From contig CAYIBQ010000001.1 of the NCBI GenBank assembly GCA_964361695.1, forward strand, positions 1-62,890: DNA of 62,890 bases. The letters are read 5' to 3'. The notes beneath the pieces were generated by a model, which ran no database searches, was not told the DNA's origin, and saw only the letters and a program-made list of their open reading frames with translations. A program made the position numbers and the translations under genes. This stretch comes from an uncultured Candidatus Saccharibacteria bacterium (GTDB lineage Bacteria > Patescibacteriota > Minisyncoccia > Sungbacterales > HO2-52-23). Positions 57,611 to 62,890 of this stretch are shown one piece after another. Each line of letters begins with the position of its first letter. Within the stretch, counting starts at the first letter, position 1.

Positions 57611-57872
57611 GATACGTATCATAATGTTTATCATTACCAGAATCAATACTCGCTCAAACAGGCAGGGAGTCCAAAGATGGGTGGACTTATACACATAGGG
57701 TTGCAAAATATTCCCCATTAGGTAGAATGGGTACAAGTGGCAGTTTGAAAATGCAGATAGTGTCATCAAACTCGTCAGAACTTTGAAATTTGAAATGAAA
57801 GGTGGAAATCCGTGAAGGTATTATGTATTTTACTTGCGGAAACCTCGGTCTTAATAAAAACCGAGAACAACA

Positions 57873-57949
57873 AAATGGCTTTGTTGAGCCAATGAGTCGG
57901 ATTCGCTTCTATGCAATCTTTGCATCTCAAGCCCTTAACAAAGCCATTT
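57873..57949 (+). other. Structured element in the CRISPR leader: 13-bp inverted repeat enclosing a 6-bp hairpin
   Basis: AAATGGCTTTGTT (57873..57885) pairs with AACAAAGCCATTT (57937..57949). Inner hairpin is ATGCAA-tct-TTGCAT (57911..57925). The element ends 5 nt before repeat 1. A further hairpin CTCGGT/ACCGAG lies at 57844..57865. Confidence 0.5.
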
Positions 57950-57954
57950 CCGCA

Positions 57955-58176
57955 GTTTAATACCTCTATAAGATTTCTACTTTTGTAGATTCGCCAATTA
58001 TCTCTAAAAAGCGGTAGTTTAATGCCTCTATAAAATTTCTACTTTTGTAGATACGCTATAAGGGTCGCGTGAACGGACGTTTAATACCTCTATAAGATTT
58101 CTACTTTTGTAGATGCAGCGAAATCAAGAATTTGATTTCTGTTTAATGTCTCTATAAGATTTCTATAAACCCAGTT
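57955..58176 (+). CRISPR. CRISPR mini-array with Cas12a-type repeats (3 intact 36-nt repeats, 1 degenerate terminal repeat, 3 spacers of 26 nt)
   Basis: Repeat 1 57955..57990 and repeat 3 58079..58114 are both GTTTAATACCTCTATAAGATTTCTACTTTTGTAGAT. Repeat 2 58017..58052 has 2 substitutions. Repeat 4 from 58141 matches for 25 nt with 2 substitutions, then diverges. Spacers are 57991..58016, 58053..58078 and 58115..58140. The repeat 3' end forms the TCTAC-TTTT-GTAGA hairpin of the Cas12a crRNA handle. Confidence 0.9.
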
Positions 58177-58252
58177 TATGGACAAAGGCTTTACTTTTGC
58201 CCTTTTTGGAGTATGGTTGAAGGGGTAAAGATAATTCGCCAAAAGAAAATTT

Positions 58253-61200
58253 ATGACTACTAAAATTACCGACTTGCGGGATTTTTATAAAGTACTGAAG
58301 ACAATTACTTTTGAATTGAGAGCTGTTGATCTAAACGATCAAGGCGTTCAATTTCAGAAGACCCTGGATTTTGTCAATCAAGAGTATTTTCCTGTTTCAA
58401 AAAAAAGTTCTGACGGCATAGACGAATTAAAAGAAATACTGCGGTTTGGCTCCGAGCTGGTTGGTCTTTCCGACCGTTTTACCGCCGGCTTGACCCAAAA
58501 ATCTTTTGACTGGTTTGGTTTTGATGCGCGTAAAACCTTGATAGAAAAATTTGATCGGGACAGATATCACTGGCTTAAGAAAAAAAGAAAAATCATCGTG
58601 CCGGTCAAAAACCCCGACACGGGCAGAGCATATCAAAAGCAGTTGATTTTTCAGGATCCGATGCCGCTGTATGCCGTGATTATGATGACGGACGGCACCG
58701 GCTATCAGTTGACTGATACCATAGGCAAGCTGACCGAGAGAATACAATCTTTTCAGAGCAAAATTAAAGGAGATTTATTAAAGATTTATTCCAAATACAC
58801 TGAAACGGAAAAAGTAATCTACTATGAAAGCGGGAAAGTTGTTTTCTACGGTTTTGTCCGTTCATATCTTTCGTTGATTAAAGACCTCATGGCGATTTTT
58901 GATTTGATTGCTGTAAGTCCGAGAGACATCAAGGAATCGCCGAAAAAAGAATGCACCCGAAAAATTCAGAAAGATTTAGAAGCCATAAAAAGTGCGTATC
59001 AAGACCATGCGACAACCATCACGAGTCTCAAAGATGTTATTGATGAAGAAGCCAAGAAACCAATCATTTGGACGACTCTGAACCCGCGGGCGGTAAATAA
59101 GGATCAAAAAAAGATTGAGAAAGAATATGCGTCCGTTTTGGAGATGGAAGAAAAAAAGAAAATGCTGGAATGGGATCTCGATGAGTTAAACAATAAGAAA
59201 TTTGCCGTAGTCCAAGCCTTGGAGAATAAATTAAAAGATTCTATTCCGGAGCTGGAAATTTTGAAGGAAGACATGCAACCGCTTATCAATGTGCTTTTCA
59301 ATAAAAAGAAATATAACTACTCCCCTCTCACCGACGAAGAGAAAGAGAATTTGCGGAAACATACATTTGCAAAAACGATCTTGAAATACATTAAAATTGA
59401 AGGAGTGGTTATAAGCGACAAACAGGACATTGAAAATTACAGACAACCGGGCGAAAGATTGGCGCGGAAAAGAGAAGAATACCGTCAAATAGAACAAGTA
59501 GAAGAATTTAACGCATTCAAAAAGGAATACCGCGATTACGGGGATTTTTGCAAAGAAAAAAAAAGGCAAAGCCATAGCACTTGGCAACCTCAAATCTATC
59601 TATAACGCCATCGGCCAGGAAGTTTTGAGGCAAAAAAAAATGCAGTACTTGAGCATTTTGGTTACGGACAAGGATTATTTTTATTTAGTCCTTATTGATA
59701 AAGATTACAATGAAGAGAAAGATATAGTGGGTGAGTTGCAGAAAAACAGCCAAAACAGCGAATGGCAGATGCTTGAATACCACAAGATCACCTTCAAGGC
59801 GATTGAAAAATTAGCGCTTTTGAATGCGGCGACTTTTGATATCGAAGACCGGCAATTGCAGGACGAGGCAAGGAATTTGTGGAGAAGTTACAAAGAAAAA
59901 TGGTTCAAGGAATATACAAACAATCGCGCTTTACAAGGACTTCATGGCTATCAAAAAGAAGCGAAGAGAGCAGAGCTTCAAAAAACAGAGCTAGTTAAAA
60001 TTATTGATTTTGTTCAAAGGGTGATCGCGAAATTGTCTGACTGCAAGAACTATAATTTTCATTTCAAAAGTCCCAATGAATATCAGACATTGGAAGAGTT
60101 TGCAGATGAAATTGACGCATGCGGCTACGCGAGTAAATGGGTTTCTCTAAACGAAGAAGCGCTTTTTGCAAAAGAAAAAGAACAAGGCGGCAATGTTTTG
60201 GTTTTCAAACTGCATAATAAAGATTTTAGAAAGAGTAAACAGTCGCTTTCGAACGAACGGGATGAAAGTGAAAGAAAGGAAAATTTGTTTACGCGATACT
60301 GGCGTGATGCAATGATGCTTGGGCGGGAAGTAAGAATAACGCCGGAAATTGACATTTTCAAGCGGAAAAAAGAAGAGAGCGGAAGCACGACCAGGACGCT
60401 TACAAACAAGGAAGTCGTGAACAAAGCAAGAAATTACCATGATAAACTTTACGGCGCTTTTGGGGTGGAGTTCTATCCTGCTAAAAAATCTGATTTTGAC
60501 ACCGTGAACAAAAGGGTCATGTTTGACGAGAGTGTGCATTATCTCGGTCTTGATCGTGGAGAAAACTCTCTTGTTTCATGGTGTTTGGTTGACTCAAAGG
60601 GTAAACTTATCAAAAACGGCGACTGGACAATTTTTATGGGTGTGAATTATGCCGAGAAATTAAATTTTACGAAAGATGAGCACGGCAAAAAAGAAGAGTC
60701 CGGTTTTCATAAAGCAAGGATCGTATTACTGGAAAAATATCAAAAAGTTTCAGATTGTAATAATGAAGAAGAGAAAAGAATACTCTTAGAAGAAGCGGAG
60801 AAGCAGGAAAAAGAGTTTGCCATAGATGGGCTTTTGGCGGCAGAGCAAATCAAGAAGGGCTACTGCGGTTATCTCATCAACGAGATCAATAAGATTTTGA
60901 AAGACTATCCGCATACCTATATAGTGCTGGAAGATTTGGATATAAAAGGAAAGGTTAAAGAAGATGAAGACATTACCAATAAAATTCAGAATTTGGAAAA
61001 AACGCTTGGTGGGACGATGTATCAGGCGGTGGAGAATGCCATCGTGAATAAATTTAAGTATTACACGGTGAAGGACAAAAGCGAGTATAAAGGACTGCAA
61101 CTTGTGCCGAATATTGTTAAGGTGGAAGATTTAAGAGTAAGCGCTACGCGAGAGAATGCTCAATCTGGTAAAGTAAACTGGGTGAAATCCAAAGAAAAAA

Positions 61201-61709
61201 TCGGTAACATTCTGTTCGTAGATGAGTGTTTGACTTCGCAAATGTGTCCGAAATGCGGATTCTGCATTTGTGGCGAGGCAAAAGCAGAAAGACTGCCGAA
61301 ATTTGCTTGCCCTCTGTTCCACGAAGACATAAAGGGCGCGTCTCTGGGTTTTAAGAATGAAGGTGGTCAAGACGTTTTGATGCTGAAAGCGAGAGACAAG
61401 ACATTTACAATACGCCATCTTCATGCAGTCAAGCAGACGGAGCTTGATAAAATAAAAAAACTTGAAAATACCAATAGCAAGATTCAAAGCCTCTTGGTCC
61501 TAAGGCTCAAAAGTGAAATGAAAAAAGGATTATATAATTGGGAATCCGTAAAAAAAGACCCGCTGTTTTGCTCGGCGTGCGGATTTAATACGGAAGAATC
61601 TGAAAAATTCGGGCTTCCCACCATTAAATCCGGCGATGACGCCGCCGCTTACAATATCGCCAAAATAGGTTTGGAAGTTTATCAAGCGATGACTCTCAAA
61701 AAACCATGA
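58253..61709 (+). CDS. cas12a: Compact Cas12a-family (Cpf1-like, type V) effector, ~1151 aa if read through. It is interrupted by a frameshift in an A9 run (59556..59564), which gives track ORFs 58253..59605 and 59625..61709.
   Basis: N-terminus YKVLKTITFELRAV (Cas12a LSKTLRFELKPV-like). WED-II-like YLSILVTDKDYFYLVLIDKDY. NYNFHFKSPNEYQTLEEFADEIDACGY...VLVFKLHNKDFRK...ENLFTRYW (Cas12a YQIYNKDF...LHT.YW block). RuvC-I YLGLDRGENSL, RuvC-II YIVLEDLD, RuvC-III SGDDAAAYNIAKIGL. Frame 0 stays open and Cas12a-like upstream of the TTG at 59625, back to the A9 run. Confidence 0.85.
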
Positions 61710-62235
61710 CCGAGGAAATCGCCAAAGTAGTCGCTGATGGAATATATTCCGTTATTGTACCATTCATTGTTGCCGTTATTGCAGCCGTTGTTGCCATTCA
61801 TACGGCAAAAAAAATACCAGAGATGAAATACGAAAAGTGCAGAGTGAATTCGCGCAAAAACTGTATGAAAAACGCCTCGAGCTGTATCCGCGGCTACTGA
61901 ACCTGACGCAAGATGTCGGGAAAGAAACGATGTGGAGGAAAGGCGTCGGGGAGGTGCAGTTGACCGGTGACGATACTTTTCAGATTGCACGGGAAGCGCT
62001 TGAAGGATTGATTGAACTGCATAAAGACACCGTGATTGAACTGGTGCTTTCTGACGGATCATTTAAGAGATTCGAGAATTTAAAAAAAGCGCTGCGCAGT
62101 AATCGGTCACAAGGGAAGAAATACGGGCGGGAGCAGATGGACAATTTTTGGAAACTTCGCGAGGAGTTGCGCGAGTGGTTGCGCAAAGACGTGGGTATTT
62201 ATCACGAGTCGGCGGAGAAACTTGAGTCCAAATAA
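61706..62235 (+). CDS. Cas12a-coupled small membrane protein (single TM helix plus helical cytoplasmic domain), ~176 aa if a frameshift in an A8 run (61807..61814) is corrected
   Basis: The ATG at 61706 overlaps the cas12a TGA (ATGA). Track ORF 61706..61900 gives MTEEIAKVVADGIYSVIVPFIVAVIAAVVAIHTAKK. The frame of ORF 61837..62235 is open upstream through the A8 run (..KKNTRDEIRKVQSEFAQKLYEKRLELYP..). Confidence 0.45.
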
Positions 62236-62311
62236 GATCGGCTTTATGGCGGAGCCGATTTTTCCACCGTATCCTTACTCATCGACGCCATCGTCCGTTC
62301 CTATCCACCGC

Positions 62312-62677
62312 TCACGAGGAGGATAGTCCGGCATTGCTGAAGCGAAGGATCTTTTTCCCCTTGATGATATGGCCGACTACCTCTTCTATTTTTGCGTGCC
62401 GCGCGTCCGCCTCTATCTTTTTTCGCAACTCCTCGGGTATCTGCGGCATATAGTAGCCGAGGGCTTTTCTCATTTTCTGCGGCACGTTGAACCACGTAAA
62501 GACGGCATCATTGACCATGGCTACAAGATCAAGAAAATCCTCTCCTTGTGTGTTGCAACCAGGCAGCTCCAAAATCTTTGCCCAAAATCCGCCTTCCTCC
62601 GCACGGCAAATCGCCACCGAGAGTTTTCGCGGCAGTAGCATGATATGACGCAGGTATTCTTTTTGCGATTTATTCAT
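62312..62677 (-). CDS. HicB-like (UPF0150) antitoxin-family protein
   Basis: AICRAEEGGFWAKILELPGCNTQGEDFLDLVAMVNDAV matches the HicB N-domain pattern. I could not recognise a partner toxin in the remaining 213 nt of the window. Confidence 0.55.
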   Translation of the reverse strand: MNKSQKEYLRHIMLLPRKLSVAICRAEEGGFWAKILELPGCNTQGEDFLDLVAMVNDAVFTWFNVPQKMRKALGYYMPQIPEELRKKIEADARHAKIEEVVGHIIKGKKILRFSNAGLSSS

Positions 62678-62890
62678 GCGGCTTTATGATACGCCGAATT
62701 TCACTATGACGCAACAGTCGGACGTTTCGGCACGATGAGGGCTGCAACGAAATACGCGAGGGGGCCGGGAATGATGCCAGCGCAAGGAAGTCCGTGTGTA
62801 ACTTTCCGCTTCTTAAAGGGATTGTATTATTGTACTACTTACTTTCTAACAATTAAACTGGCAGGGGCATTCTTGATCTCCACCCGTGCA

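Noticed and set aside
57991-58250. Self-targeting of spacer 1 (shared ATTCGCCAA with 58233..58241 just upstream of cas12a)
   Set aside because: Only 9 contiguous nt match, and that count includes the last bases of the repeat. This is too short to be meaningful.
57780-58252. A tracrRNA / anti-repeat next to the array
   Set aside because: The best complementarity to the repeat that I could find is 8 nt (AGGTATTA near 57825). An 8-nt same-strand similarity (TACTTTTG near 58190) is out of register with the 62-nt array period. The repeat itself carries the self-folding Cas12a handle.
58166-58252. Intrinsic terminator between the array and cas12a (CAAAGGC...GCCCTTTTT)
   Set aside because: The stem is only about 6 bp with a bulge and a short T-run. 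It is too weak to call, and read-through from the array promoter into cas12a is equally plausible.
58253-61709. Cas12a encoded as two separate subunits (450 aa plus 694 aa)
   Set aside because: The second ORF starts at a TTG with no RBS. Its frame remains open and Cas12a-like for about 25 codons upstream, exactly back to an A9 run, and the first ORF's last 15 residues look like out-of-frame read-through. A single frameshifted gene is the simpler reading.
62678-62890. A HicA-type toxin upstream of the HicB-like gene
   Set aside because: I translated the minus strand in two frames and saw no HicA-like pattern or convincing ORF. The region is also cut by the window end.

Overview
This 62.9-kb window is roughly 50-58% GC by eye and is coded almost entirely on the minus strand. 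The gene content suggests a small-genome, CPR/Patescibacteria-like bacterium (inference).

Ordinary content:
- A large type IV pilus (T4P) locus at about 4.1-24.9 kb: major pilin, a PilM-like fusion, minor pilins, PilC, PilB, and two giant proteins with prepilin N-termini fused to LamG, Ig and galactose-oxidase-like modules.
- Several giant DUF2341/LamG surface proteins.
- A dense set of two-component signalling genes: 5 histidine kinases, 5 receiver-domain proteins, a FIST protein, and Cache/PDC-type sensors.
- An MNT/HepT toxin-antitoxin pair.
- Housekeeping genes: dnaG-rpoD, rarA, typA, a DEAD-box helicase, a cyclophilin, Nudix, YjjX, VIT, LemA, and tRNA-Ser(GGA).

The standout is an AT-rich island (about 57.6-62.3 kb, roughly 35-40% GC).
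- It carries a 4-repeat CRISPR mini-array whose 36-nt repeats end in the Cas12a handle ATTTCTACTTTTGTAGAT.
- A compact Cas12a-family effector of about 1151 aa follows directly. It has intact RuvC I/II/III motifs and CxxC...CxxC cysteines in the Nuc region.
- The effector gene is split in the ORF track by a frameshift in an A9 run.
- No cas1, cas2 or cas4 is visible in the window.
- A translationally coupled small membrane-protein gene follows, and it is itself frameshifted in an A8 run.

Other non-obvious signals:
- A 9-mer identical to the DnaA box recurs in six promoter-proximal intergenic sites.
- An inverted block of about 170 bp is made of 7-nt-phased AGG and CCT heptads.
- A PaaX-like gene is flanked by ~50-nt repeats, one of them a perfect 44-bp palindrome. 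It sits beside the tRNA and a truncated htpX.
- A cluster of hairpins shares the CTGAAG loop motif.
- Two families of palindromic elements are shared between different intergenic sites.

All functional calls rest on motifs read from the translations. No database search was possible.
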